Shown: positions 1 to 9,598 of the stretch, piece after piece
How the letters are laid out: each line of letters begins with the position of its first letter
How positions within the stretch are numbered: position 1 is the first letter of the stretch
Source of the DNA: Alphaproteobacteria bacterium
GTDB lineage: Bacteria; Pseudomonadota; Alphaproteobacteria; UBA828
Reading direction: 5' to 3'
Assembly (NCBI GenBank): GCA_965214705.1
Contig: OZ243972.1
Span: forward strand, 2,592,001-2,656,000
Length of the DNA stretch: 64,000 nt
The notes under the pieces: model-generated
The model's database searches: none
Seen by the model: the letters and a program-made list of their open reading frames with translations, nothing else
Told to the model about the DNA's origin: nothing
Made by a program: the position numbers and the translations under genes

Positions 1-1
1 C

Positions 2-1165
2 AATGCGCGCGCCTGTCAGCGGTGCCACCTGAAGGATGGTCGCGGCCGCCCGCCTGCGGCCGGCGAGCGGGCCGAAACCATGCTCGTGCGGCTCTCGATC
101 CCGCCGCAGACTGAGTCCGAGCGCGCGGCCTTGCGGGAGCACCGGCAGGCCACCATTCCCGAGCCCACCTACGGCGGCCAGCTTCAGAACTTCTCGACAC
201 AGGGGATTCTGGCTGAAGGCGATGTAACGATCGCCTACGAGGAGATGCTGATCGCGCTGGCAGACGGCGAGGTGGTCGATCTCCGCAAGCCCACCTATGG
301 CATCTCGGGCCTGCACTATGGGCCGCTTCACCCCGAAGCCATGCTGTCGCCCCGTGTCGCGCCGCCGGTCATTGGCATGGGCCTGCTCGAAGCGATATCG
401 GACGCCGACATCCTTGCCGGCACCGATCCGGACGACCGCGACGGTGACGGCATCTCCGGGCGGGCGAACCTGGTGTGGAGCGACGAGCATGACCGGCCCA
501 TGCTCGGCCGCTTCGGCTGGAAGGCGGGGCAGCCCACCGTCTCACAGCAGGCGGCGGCGGCCTTTCGCGGCGATGTGGGAATCTCGACGCCGCTCTACCC
601 GCCCCCCCACGGCGACTGCACGACGGCGCAGGAGGCGTGCCGGCGCGCGCCGCACGGCGGCGCCTCGGCAGAGCACACGGTCGAGGCGAGCGCCGCCCTC
701 TTCGACCTGCTCACCTTCTACACGCGCAATCTCGGCGTGCCCGCGCGGCGCGACATCGGCGATCCGCAGGTGCTCGAAGGCAAGCGCCTCTTCTACGACG
801 CCAACTGCATCGGCTGCCACACGCCCAAATTCGTGACGCGTCGGGACTCCATCGGAGAGGAGCAGTCCTTCCAGCTCATCTGGCCCTACTCCGACCTCCT
901 GCTTCACGACATGGGGGAAGGGCTCGCCGACGGCCGGCCCGAGGGCGAGGCCAGCAGCCGCGAATGGCGCACGCCGCCGCTCTGGGGCATCGGGCTCACG
1001 GAGACGGTAAGCGGCCACACGTTCTTTCTGCACGACGGCCGCGCACGCAACCTGCTCGAAGCGATCCTCTGGCACGGCGGCGAGGCGGAGGCGGCGAAAC
1101 AGCACGTCGTCGCCATGACGCGCGAGGAGCGGGCGGCCTTGCTCGCCTTCCTGCGCTCGCTTTGA
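2..1165 (+). CDS. di-heme oxidoreductase family protein (DUF1111-like), 5' end lies before the window
   Basis: Frame open from base 2. Two CxxCH motifs (CQRCH at window start, CIGCH), GRFGWKA, WRTPPLWG and LHDGRAR motifs; sits next to imelysin. Confidence 0.85.
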   Translation, partial: NARACQRCHLKDGRGRPPAAGERAETMLVRLSIPPQTESERAALREHRQATIPEPTYGGQLQNFSTQGILAEGDVTIAYEEMLIALADGEVVDLRKPTYGISGLHYGPLHPEAMLSPRVAPPVIGMGLLEAISDADILAGTDPDDRDGDGISGRANLVWSDEHDRPMLGRFGWKAGQPTVSQQAAAAFRGDVGISTPLYPPPHGDCTTAQEACRRAPHGGASAEHTVEASAALFDLLTFYTRNLGVPARRDIGDPQVLEGKRLFYDANCIGCHTPKFVTRRDSIGEEQSFQLIWPYSDLLLHDMGEGLADGRPEGEASSREWRTPPLWGIGLTETVSGHTFFLHDGRARNLLEAILWHGGEAEAAKQHVVAMTREERAALLAFLRSL

Positions 1166-1181
1166 CAACAGGTCCAACGAC

Positions 1182-2276
1182 ATGACTCGCCTCTTCCTGT
1201 CGCTCGCACTCGCCGGTCTGATCCTCGTGGGCGCGACGTCCGCAATGCGTGCGCAGGAGATCGCCCCGGCCGACTACGGCCGCGTGAATGCCGCCCTGGT
1301 GGAAACCCACGCGCTGCTTCGCTACGAGCGCCTGGCAACGGCAACGGACGCCTTCGCCGGAGCTGCGGAGGCGTTTTGTGCCGGAGGGAGCGACGCGGAT
1401 CAAGAGCGGCTCCGCGCCGCCTTTCACGATGCGATGGACACGTGGATGGGCGTTCAGCACCTGCGCTTCGGTCCGGTCGACTCCCGGATGCGCGGCTTTC
1501 GCTTCTATTTCTGGCCCCAGGCACGGAACAAGGTGGGCGAGGCTGTCGCCGAGCTTGTCGCCGCCGGCGAAGACGACGCCGCGCTCGCCGCGCGCATCGG
1601 GCGTGCCAATGTGGCGGTTCAGGGCCTGCTGGCCGCCGAAGTGCTGCTCTACGACGGCCGCTACCTCGGCGCCGACGCCAGGGGCTGCGGGCTGCTCGTG
1701 GCTCTGGCAGCGAACATGCGTACCATGGCGACGGCAATTCTGGCGGAGTGGCGGGAGGGCGACGACGCCTTCGCCAAACTGATGTCGACTCCGGGGCCCG
1801 ACAATCCGCATTTCGAGGATCATGCCACCGCCACCTTGGCTTTCTTCCAGGGGCTCCACGACAGCTTGCAACTGATCTACGACATCAACCTCAAGCCGGT
1901 CATCGGCGACAGCGCGCAATCCGTCCGTCCGGTGCTGGCGGAATCCCGCCTGAGCGGGCGGTCGCAGCACAACATCGCCGTCACCTTGGAGGCATTGCAG
2001 GCGCTCTATCTCGGCGAGGGCAGCGCCGGTCTCGGCGAGCTCACCGCCGTTGCCGATCCCAAGCTCAACCGCCTGATGCGGAAGGCGTTCCGCCTCACGC
2101 TCGCCACGGCACAGTCAATCGAAGGCCCTGTGGAGCAGGCTGCGACCGACCCCGCGCGCCGCCCGCTGGTCCAAAAGCTCGCCAAGCAGATGCGGGCGCT
2201 GAAACAGATCGTGCGGGATCGCTTGGCGCCCGCGCTTGGGCTCGCCGTCGGATTCAATGCCCTCGATGGAGATTGA
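1182..2276 (+). CDS. imelysin-family periplasmic protein
   Basis: Signal peptide, FGP...FWP motif, C-terminal GFNALDGD; typical gene order DUF1111-imelysin-DUF1513. Confidence 0.85.
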   Translation: MTRLFLSLALAGLILVGATSAMRAQEIAPADYGRVNAALVETHALLRYERLATATDAFAGAAEAFCAGGSDADQERLRAAFHDAMDTWMGVQHLRFGPVDSRMRGFRFYFWPQARNKVGEAVAELVAAGEDDAALAARIGRANVAVQGLLAAEVLLYDGRYLGADARGCGLLVALAANMRTMATAILAEWREGDDAFAKLMSTPGPDNPHFEDHATATLAFFQGLHDSLQLIYDINLKPVIGDSAQSVRPVLAESRLSGRSQHNIAVTLEALQALYLGEGSAGLGELTAVADPKLNRLMRKAFRLTLATAQSIEGPVEQAATDPARRPLVQKLAKQMRALKQIVRDRLAPALGLAVGFNALDGD

Positions 2277-3405
2277 ACGCAGGGCGGCGCTTCTGCTGCT
2301 CGCCGGCGGGGTCGCCGGCTCGTTGCTGCCAGCGCCGTTCCGCGCGGAGGCCGCCACGCCCGGCACCCCGCTCTATCTCAGCGCTCGCGCCGACGCCACC
2401 GGCGGCTACCGGGTCAGCGGTATCGCGGCGGAGGGCGCCCGCGTCTTCGATTTGCCGCTGCCGGGGCGGGGTCATTCGTTCGCGGTCCGCCCCGACGGAA
2501 GCGCTGCCGTGCATTTCGCCAGGCGGCCCGGCCGTTTCGCGCTAATCCTGGACCTCGTGCAGGGCACCGTCGCCCGACGAGTGGAAGCGCCTACCGACCG
2601 ACATCTCTATGGGCACGGCGTCTTCAGCCCGGACGGGCGGCTGCTCTACGTCACCGAGAACGATTTCGAGGGCGAACGCGGCGTCATCGGCATCTACGAC
2701 GCGGAGCGCGGGTACAAGCGCCTGGGCGAGCTTCCCTCCCACGGCATCGGACCGCACGAGATCGCGTTGCTCTCCGACGGCGAGACACTGGTCGTCGCCA
2801 ACGGCGGCATCGCGACCCACCCCGACCTGCCTCGCGTCAAGCTCAACCTGCCGACCATGGCGCCGTCGCTCTGTTTCGTGGACAGGCGGAGCGGCGCGCT
2901 TCGGCGGGAACTGACGCTCGACCCCGTCCTGCATCGGCTCAGCATCCGCCATCTGGCTGTGGCCCCGGACGATACGGTCGCGGTCGCCATGCAGTACGAG
3001 GGCCCGGCGCACGACCGCGTCCCTCTGGTTGCCCTGCAGCGCGGGGAAGGCCCGCTGCGCCTTCTGCAAGGGCCGCTCAGCCTCCTCCGCGCGATGCAAA
3101 ACTACTGCGGCAGCGTCTGTTTCGACCCGAGCGGTCTGATCATCGCCGTCTCCGCACCGCGCGGCAATCTCGTGACGTTCTGGGATGTCGGCACGGGCCG
3201 CTACCAGTCATCCACCGGGGTCTCGGACGGCTGCGGCATCGCACCTGGCTTGCTTCCTGATGAGTTTCTGGCCAGCAGCGGGCTGGGCGGCGTGGTCGTC
3301 ATCGATGCACGCTCGGGTACGACACGACCGCTCGCTGTCGGTGGCCTCGAAGCCGCCCGCTGGGACAATCACCTGGTCGCCGCGTCGGTGTCCCGGCGGA
3401 CGTGA
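2266..3405 (+). CDS. DUF1513 family Tat-exported beta-propeller protein
   Basis: ERRAALL Tat-like leader; RGH, FARRPG, YGHG, GIGPHE, ANGGIATHP, LSIRHL and terminal WDNH motifs. Alternative start at 2257. Confidence 0.85.
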   Translation: MEIERRAALLLLAGGVAGSLLPAPFRAEAATPGTPLYLSARADATGGYRVSGIAAEGARVFDLPLPGRGHSFAVRPDGSAAVHFARRPGRFALILDLVQGTVARRVEAPTDRHLYGHGVFSPDGRLLYVTENDFEGERGVIGIYDAERGYKRLGELPSHGIGPHEIALLSDGETLVVANGGIATHPDLPRVKLNLPTMAPSLCFVDRRSGALRRELTLDPVLHRLSIRHLAVAPDDTVAVAMQYEGPAHDRVPLVALQRGEGPLRLLQGPLSLLRAMQNYCGSVCFDPSGLIIAVSAPRGNLVTFWDVGTGRYQSSTGVSDGCGIAPGLLPDEFLASSGLGGVVVIDARSGTTRPLAVGGLEAARWDNHLVAASVSRRT

Positions 3406-3435
3406 GCGCTGAGAACGCACCTGACACGAATTCTC

Positions 3436-3454
3436 ATTGACACTCGTTCGCATT
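3436..3454. promoter_or_regulatory. putative Fur-type iron box upstream of bfd
   Basis: 19-bp imperfect palindrome ATTGACACTCGTTCGCATT overlapping a TTGACA -35 hexamer, 35 bp before bfd. Confidence 0.5.
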
Positions 3455-3489
3455 CTCTTCAATATTGGGGCGTAGAGCGGAGTGCCGCC

Positions 3490-3720
3490 ATGTACGTGTG
3501 CGTTTGCAACGCCTATCGGGACGCCGAGATCCGCGCCGTGGCGCAGAACGGTGTCCGGTGCGCGAAGAAGGCGTACCAGGAACTCGGCAACGGGCCCCAG
3601 TGCGGGCGCTGCCTGAGCTTCGCCCAGGGCTTGATCGACAGGATCCACGAAGACCGGCCGCACGGCAGCCCGGCGGCACCCATCAGGGAGCGGGCCGTCG
3701 GCGAGGGCGCGCACCCCTAA
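3490..3720 (+). CDS. bfd: bacterioferritin-associated ferredoxin
   Basis: MYVCVCN...PQCGRC gives the C-x-C and C-x2-C 2Fe-2S ligands; adjacent to bfr. Confidence 0.9.
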   Translation: MYVCVCNAYRDAEIRAVAQNGVRCAKKAYQELGNGPQCGRCLSFAQGLIDRIHEDRPHGSPAAPIRERAVGEGAHP

Positions 3721-3887
3721 TGCACGCCTGGGCCGCGCTGAAGCCGGCGGATATCGTCCAGGCAGCGCGCGCCCTTCGCGACATGATCAGGGGTGAGAGT
3801 CCCGCCCACGAAGCGCAAGATACGCGCCCCGTCGAAGAGGCAGCTTCCGATGATGTGCGTGCTGGAGATTCGGCTGCCGCCGAGTAG
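3720..3887 (+). CDS. possible 55-aa acidic small protein coupled to bfd
   Basis: ATG overlaps the bfd stop (TAATG); no recognisable family. Confidence 0.3.
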   Translation: MHAWAALKPADIVQAARALRDMIRGESPAHEAQDTRPVEEAASDDVRAGDSAAAE

Positions 3888-3922
3888 CCGTCCCCCGGTC
3901 TTGCCGCCTGGTATCGTCGGCG

Positions 3923-4402
3923 TCAGTCGTCGGCCGGTTCGCTCTGTAGCTGCACGTAATTTTCCAGGCCCATCCGCTTGATCAGCTCGTACTGCGTCTC
4001 CAGCCAGTCGACGTGCTCCTCCTCGCTCTCCAGGATCTCGCGCAGGAGGTGCCGGGTCACGTAGTCGTCGACTTGCTCGCAATGCGCGATTCCCTCCCGC
4101 AGGGTGGGGATCGCCATGTTCTCGAGGGCGAGGTCGCAGTCGAGGATTTCCTTTACGTCCTCGCCGATCATGAGCTTGCCGAGATCCTGAAGATTGGGCA
4201 GGCCCTCGAGGAACAGGACACGCTCGATGATCTCGTCCGCGTGCTTCATCTCGTCAATGGATTGGTCGTACTCGTATTTCGCGAGCTTGGAGACGCCCCA
4301 GTTCCGGAGCATCCGCGAGTGCAGGAAATACTGGTTGATCGCGGTCAGCTCGTTCTTGAGCACCGCATTGAGACACTCGATGACCTTGGGGTCGCCCTTC
4401 AT
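3923..4402 (-). CDS. bfr: bacterioferritin
   Basis: [31 protein letters not shown] (heme Met)..EEEHVDWLE; GGAG RBS. Confidence 0.96.
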   Translation of the reverse strand: MKGDPKVIECLNAVLKNELTAINQYFLHSRMLRNWGVSKLAKYEYDQSIDEMKHADEIIERVLFLEGLPNLQDLGKLMIGEDVKEILDCDLALENMAIPTLREGIAHCEQVDDYVTRHLLREILESEEEHVDWLETQYELIKRMGLENYVQLQSEPADD

Positions 4403-4658
4403 AATCTCCTCCACTCGTTCCAACCCGTCCGGGGGCGGTGGCTGCCGACGATAGGTTGTTCCATGGTCCACTAATGATCACTAAGCCAGCATTATCTAAA
4501 GCAATAGTACAAAAGTCAGATAATGGCAAGCATTAAAGCGTGTCTCACTGATTTAATTCCAACGTATGCTCAAAATATACTGGTTTTCTCTCTGAAATCC
4601 ATTCTCATTATTCTTCTCAATAGGAATGACTAGCGTAAATTCTGGCAAAAATCGCAGT

Positions 4659-4677
4659 AATGAGACTGACTGTCATT
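4659..4677. promoter_or_regulatory. putative Fur-type box in the AT-rich region upstream of bfr
   Basis: AATGAGACTGACTGTCATT (AATGA...TCATT palindrome) within an AT-rich stretch at 4470-4700. Confidence 0.45.
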
Positions 4678-4940
4678 TCAATTGCGATGATAAGCAGATG
4701 CCGGGCCTTGCAGGGGCTATCAAGGCGAAATGGCATTTTGTCCATCCAACGGACAAGACCGCCGCTGGAGTGTGTCTTGACCCGAGGCATAGGGGGCGCC
4801 GGTTTGCGCCCGACAGCCGGCGCCCCATCCGCTTCAACTCATGGGGCGCCCGGAGCACGAGCCTGGGGCGCTGCGGTGACATCCCGGTGACACAGCAGTT
4901 TCGGCGGTTGCGGGTAAGCCACCTAACCCATTGAAAGGAT

Positions 4941-5016
<76 letters not shown>

Positions 5017-5179
5017 ACATGCGGCCGAGACTTGCCACGATTCAGCCAGCGGTGCAACCGGCCCCCGCCGGCGGTACCGCCGAGGCGGTGGAATCTGGAA
5101 TGGCGGCCGGCTTGATGCTATATAGGGCGCGCAATTAGACGTTCAGCCAAGAGGTGAGCGGCCAAACGGCGATCGATGA

Positions 5180-5255
5180 TCCCCGGTAGCTCAGTTGGTA
5201 GAGCAAGCGGCTGTTAACCGCTGGGTCGCTGGTTCGAGTCCGGCCCGGGGAGCCA
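5180..5255 (+). tRNA. tRNA-Asn(GTT)
   Basis: TCCCCGGTAGCTCAGTTGGTAGAGCAAGCGGCT-GTT-AACCGCTGGGTCGCTGGTTCGAGTCCGGCCCGGGGAGCCA, 76 nt. Confidence 0.98.
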
Positions 5256-5294
5256 GTTTCGGGGCCGCCGGAATGAGCGGTCCGCCGAAAGGCG

Positions 5295-5328
5295 CGAGAC
5301 CCCGCAGGGTGACCCTGGCGGGGTCTCG
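5295..5328. terminator. GC-rich hairpin between convergent tRNA-Asn and nitroreductase
   Basis: CGAGACCCCGCAGGG-TGA-CCCTGGCGGGGTCTCG; no U-tract. Confidence 0.45.
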
Positions 5329-5369
5329 TCGTCTCTGCCGGGGCGTGGTACCGACGCCCCAGGCGCGCA

Positions 5370-6038
5370 TCAATTCTGCGTGAATACCTCGCCGTCGAAA
5401 CGCTCGCGGGTCGCGATCTCCTCCACCGGACGGCGCCTCAGCTTGGTGAGCTGCTTGACCGGGCGCCCGAAGGGCATGACCGCGCAGACCGCGTGATCCT
5501 CCGGGATGTTGAGCAGCGTCTTGATCTCGGGCTCGTGGGCAATGGGGAGGGTTGTGATCGTGCCGCCGAACCCGTTCTGCCGGGCCGCCAGCAGCAGGCT
5601 CCAGGCGAAGGGATAGATCGAGGCCCCGCCGATCACGCCGACGCGGTCCAGATACTGATCGGTTGCGGCGACCACCTTGAGGTCGACGCAGACCACCAGC
5701 ACGACCGAGGACTTGATCAGCGGCTCCGTCAGCATGGCCGGCGCCGAAGTCGCCTCGATCTGCTCGGGCGTGAGCTTGGTCGGAACCCAGGCGCTCCAAG
5801 GACTTTCGCCCGCATCAATCTGGGCGCGGTAGCGCTTGGCGACCGGTATCGTCAGGTCCGAAAGCCGCTGCCTGGTCGCCATGTCGCGCACGATGATGAC
5901 CCGGTTGCCCTGGCGGTTGCCCCCGCTCGGCGAGAAGCGGGCGTTCTCGATCATCTCGTAGATCACCTCGTCGGGCAGGTGATCGTCGGTAAAGTCGCGG
6001 CACGCGAAGGTCGTGCGCATGGCCTCGTACAGTTCCAT
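5370..6038 (-). CDS. nitroreductase family protein
   Basis: R-x-x-x-x-x-R-x-F near the N-terminus, SPSGGNRQ, GASIYPFAWSLLLAARQNGFGG. Confidence 0.9.
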   Translation of the reverse strand: MELYEAMRTTFACRDFTDDHLPDEVIYEMIENARFSPSGGNRQGNRVIIVRDMATRQRLSDLTIPVAKRYRAQIDAGESPWSAWVPTKLTPEQIEATSAPAMLTEPLIKSSVVLVVCVDLKVVAATDQYLDRVGVIGGASIYPFAWSLLLAARQNGFGGTITTLPIAHEPEIKTLLNIPEDHAVCAVMPFGRPVKQLTKLRRRPVEEIATRERFDGEVFTQN

Positions 6039-6083
6039 CGATTCGTCCTCTCAGCGTTCGGCGGCGCGCCCGGCGGCGGTTAA

Positions 6084-6232
6084 GGAAGGTCTGAATAAGT
6101 GCCTCCTGCATTTCTCAGACGCGCAAGGCGGAAGCGCGCTTTCCGCTTTGCTCACATTTTCAGTGACTTACAGCCACCGAAAATGGTGGCACATCCCTGT
6201 GCCACGGGAACCCCTGATAAATCAGAGGTTCC
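6084..6232. mobile_element. 149-bp IS5-family MITE
   Basis: Ends GGAAGGTCTGAATAA...AAATCAGAGGTTCC; TTAA duplicated at 6080-6083 and 6233-6236; left end matches the IS5 at 21121. Confidence 0.8.
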
Positions 6233-6468
6233 TTAAAGACCACCCGGTCGCGGGCAAGGCGAAATTGGGCGGCGGTGTATGGCGAGGCCGACCACCATGA
6301 GTAGTATACAACTAACTGTATTCACGACATATTCCCGGTGGACGCTTCCTCCATCCCCACATTGATACCCGCACGCCGGGTGGCAACAGGTGGGCGCGCT
6401 TGGCAAGCTTATACGGCTGATACTCCGGAAACCAATACCCATCGTGCGCTCACCCTGGGGTTTGTAGC

Positions 6469-6560
6469 CGTTGATCGGCGCGTAGATTGGACGCCAATCG
6501 GCCTGCTTACTTGTTGATTTTACGTGACACCGTGGGGTCAAAGTTGGGTGCCGAACAACA
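6469..6560 (-). repeat. 92-bp IS21-end-like miniature element, copy 1
   Basis: Reverse complement TGTTGTTCGGCACCCAACTTTGACCCC...GGCGTCCAATCTACGCGCCGATCAACG aligns with copies 2 and 3. Confidence 0.65.
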
Positions 6561-6705
6561 GTCTGTCGAAGATTTGGGCGGCACACGGTAGTAGGCGAGG
6601 AAGACTGCAGGCCGCCGCCGAGCGCATCGGAAAGGCCATCGAGGCCACAATGGGACTGGACACTCAACTGCACCCCTCGGATGCGTCGAGCGACAGCTCG
6701 TCCGG

Positions 6706-6918
6706 GTGACGCACCCGTTTCATCCGCTTCACGGCCGTGAGTTCCCACTGGTCGAGATCAAGTCGGTGATAGGAGTGGAGTTGGTGCATTACACGGGAGA
6801 TGATGGCGTGCTGCGCAGCATACGGCGAGGCTGGACCAGCGTTGCCTGCGAGGATCCGTTTTTGCGGGTGGGGTCGGGCCGGTCGGCGTTTCGGGTGTCG
6901 GATCTGCTCGCGCCGGGG
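6706..6918 (+). pseudogene. DUF5372 (Y4bD/Y4pK-like) mobile-element accessory gene fragment
   Basis: VTHPFHPLHG...GWTS...DPF...AFRVSDLL, cut at 6919 by the 92-bp element. Confidence 0.6.
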
Positions 6919-7010
6919 TGTTGTTCGGAGTGCAATTCTGACCCCACAGTATCGAAGTACATCAATAGCTTATCGCGCCGATCGGCGTGCAACCCACGCG
7001 CCGGACAACA
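6919..7010 (+). repeat. 92-bp IS21-end-like miniature element, copy 2
   Basis: TGTTGTTCGG...CCGGACAACA termini, TGACCCC motif, central IHF-like ATCAATAGCTTA. Confidence 0.7.
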
Positions 7011-7179
7011 CCATGGCGGTTGTGGAGAACGGCGATGCTTGTCACCGACGCGCTTGACGAAAGTCGGGGCGTCCCCGGCGCAGGAAGCGTGCAGGACGTG
7101 AATACGCTCGCACGCCGGCGATACGAGAGGTTCGCTGCGACATGGGGGGCGCTGGTGAAGGGGATGCCGGCCAGGCAGA

Positions 7180-7300
7180 GTGGCTGAATGAGTCTTGGCT
7201 CCTGAGCCTTGAGGATGCGCGATCCAGGTGCGAAGCGTGGCGAACGGATTGCATCGAGGTCCGTCCACACAGCCCGACGGGCCAGAAAACCCCAGTTAGG
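7180..7300 (+). pseudogene. IS3-family transposase C-terminal remnant
   Basis: LNESWLLSLEDARSRCEAWRTDCIEVRPHS..GQKTP resembles the integrase-core C-terminus. Boundaries approximate. Confidence 0.65.
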
Positions 7301-7347
7301 CGCTTCACAGCACGCCGGCTTCGACCAAACTGGGAAGCGACATCGCG

Positions 7348-9549
7348 CTATGCGATTTCGACCGTGGGCCGGGCATCGCCCAGCTTCGGAAAGGTCTCGG
7401 CGCCCCATATCTGGCGTTCGCGAATAAACGGCAGCGGATACTGGGGATGTGGCGAATCGAACTCGCGAGCAAGGCGATGGCCGTCGAAGATCGCGTTGGT
7501 GATGTGTCTCGGCGCATGGCAGTCGCCGATGCGATACACGTCTCCGATTTCATTCTCCGCCCACTCGTCGCGGCGGGCCTTCAATCCGTCGTAGAGTTCG
7601 GTGTTCGAGACGCGCGTGGTCACCAGCACGAGCGCGTCACAGTCCAGCGGGACCAGGTCGCTGGACATGGTGCGGCCCCACTTGCCGGGCTCCTGCTCGG
7701 TTAGTGCTGCAGAATCCCGGTACAGATAGAAGAGGGTGAGCACGTTGTCTCGATAATCCTGCCCCCAGTGATTGGTGTAGGTCCGGATACCCTTCTGGTA
7801 CAGCAGGCGCTTGTTGTTCGCCATTTCCATCGTGAAGAGCGAGTACTGCACGATGTCGTGCATGTTGGTGACCAGCGAGACCTGCTTCCCCTGGTCGGCC
7901 AGCAACTCGGCCATGGCGATCCCGGTGAAGCGGCCATCGCCATCGAGGACCACCGCACTAGAGCCTGGCACGGTCTTTCCCGCCATGATCTGCTCGGGGG
8001 TAAGCACGTTGGGCAGGTCCGCGTCTGCGCCATCCATATCCGCGTGAACCTCGGCCCCGAATCCTGTCGTCGACCAGTGAGCCCCCGTCGCGATAACCAC
8101 GCGCTCGGCGCCGTAGTGCAGCACGTCGTCCACGCCGAGAGGTGCGACGCCTAGGTGAACCTCCACGTTCCTGAGCTTGGCCAGTTGTGCCTCTCGGTAG
8201 GTGATCACGCGGCCCCATTCGGCGCAGCGCGGGTAGCGCGCAACGTCCCGCCAGTGCCCTCCAAGCTCGTCCGCCTTGTCGACGAGGTGGACGTCGTAGC
8301 CCCGCTTGCCGAGCACGACCGCACACTCCATCCCGGCCGGACCGGCGCCGACCACGAGGACGGATTTCTTGTCCTCAGTCGTGGTGAAATTCTCGGGATG
8401 CCAGCCGCGCCGGTACTCCTCGCCGATGGTCGCGTTCTGGGTGCACCAAAGCAGGGCCTGCTGCTGCATGCCCGAGACGCACATGTTGCAGCCGATGCAC
8501 TCGCGGATGTCGTCGAGGCGGCCTTCGGAAATCTTGTGTGGCAGGAAGGGGTCCGAGATTGAAGGCCGGGCGGCGCCAATGATGTCGCACTGCCCGGCGT
8601 TGATGGCATCGACCATGACGTCGGGATCGGTGAAGCGGCCGTTGGAAACGACGGGCGTGTCACCCACCAGGCCCTTAACGTCCTTGACGAAGGGACGCAT
8701 CCAGTTGGTCTCGCGGAACCGCGAACTGCCGGCGTCCTCGCCCCACTCCTCGTAATCGCCGATCTTCAGCGCCCAGAGATCGACGACTCCTTCGCGATGC
8801 ATGATCTCGACGAAGCGCATTCCCTCATCGTGGTGATCGATCTTGTGGTCGCCGTTGACCGTGTCCGTCTCAAAGCGCGTCGTCACGGCGATCTCGTCGC
8901 CGACTGCGCTCTTCAGGGCGCTCATCAGCTCGATGTAAAACCGCGCCCTGTTCTCGAGCGATCCTCCGTACTTGTCTGTTCGGTGGTTGTAGCGCTTCTC
9001 TAGGAATTGCATGGGCAGGCTGCTGTCGCCTCCTGAGACTTCAACGAAGTCGAAGCCGGCAGCGACGGCGCGCTTAGCGGCCAACACGTACATGTTGATG
9101 AAGCGGTTGATCTCGTCTCCGTCAGCGACGGCCGCGTAAACGCAGCGCTCGGGGAACACGTTGGAGGCGAAGCCTGACGGGCTGAGCGGGACCTCGCGTG
9201 TTTCCATGGATGGCGAATGCAGGCCGTTGTACCAGAGCTGCACGCCCGCCAAGGCGCCATGCGTATGCGCCACCTCGGTCATCTTGCCAAGGTTGATGAC
9301 GTCTCCATCGTCCCAGAGCCGCGCGAGATCGAAGGGATAGTCGTCGGATTCCGGATGGACAGAGCACGCCTCGGTGCACACCACGCCCCAGCCGCCTTCC
9401 GCCTTCATCCCGCGAAAGTAGGCCTGCGTGCCCGGTCGCTCGGAGCCGAAGCCAGAGCAGTGGGCCGACTGCCAGAAGCGGTTCCGCATCGTCTTGGGGC
9501 CGAACGAAATGGGCTCGAACAGAATGTCGTGCCGGGGATTTCGTGCCAT
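7348..9549 (-). CDS. trimethylamine/histamine dehydrogenase-family flavo-iron-sulfur protein, paralog 1
   Basis: MARNPRHDILFEP, NRFWQSAHC (Cys for 6-S-cysteinyl-FMN), CIGCNMC...CTQN 4Fe-4S motif, EEYRRGWHPE, GAGPAG. Confidence 0.9.
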   Translation of the reverse strand: MARNPRHDILFEPISFGPKTMRNRFWQSAHCSGFGSERPGTQAYFRGMKAEGGWGVVCTEACSVHPESDDYPFDLARLWDDGDVINLGKMTEVAHTHGALAGVQLWYNGLHSPSMETREVPLSPSGFASNVFPERCVYAAVADGDEINRFINMYVLAAKRAVAAGFDFVEVSGGDSSLPMQFLEKRYNHRTDKYGGSLENRARFYIELMSALKSAVGDEIAVTTRFETDTVNGDHKIDHHDEGMRFVEIMHREGVVDLWALKIGDYEEWGEDAGSSRFRETNWMRPFVKDVKGLVGDTPVVSNGRFTDPDVMVDAINAGQCDIIGAARPSISDPFLPHKISEGRLDDIRECIGCNMCVSGMQQQALLWCTQNATIGEEYRRGWHPENFTTTEDKKSVLVVGAGPAGMECAVVLGKRGYDVHLVDKADELGGHWRDVARYPRCAEWGRVITYREAQLAKLRNVEVHLGVAPLGVDDVLHYGAERVVIATGAHWSTTGFGAEVHADMDGADADLPNVLTPEQIMAGKTVPGSSAVVLDGDGRFTGIAMAELLADQGKQVSLVTNMHDIVQYSLFTMEMANNKRLLYQKGIRTYTNHWGQDYRDNVLTLFYLYRDSAALTEQEPGKWGRTMSSDLVPLDCDALVLVTTRVSNTELYDGLKARRDEWAENEIGDVYRIGDCHAPRHITNAIFDGHRLAREFDSPHPQYPLPFIRERQIWGAETFPKLGDARPTVEIA

Positions 9550-9598
9550 CGGACGGTACTCCCTCTTGGAAGGGGGCCGTAACTGTGTGTAAGGCCGT

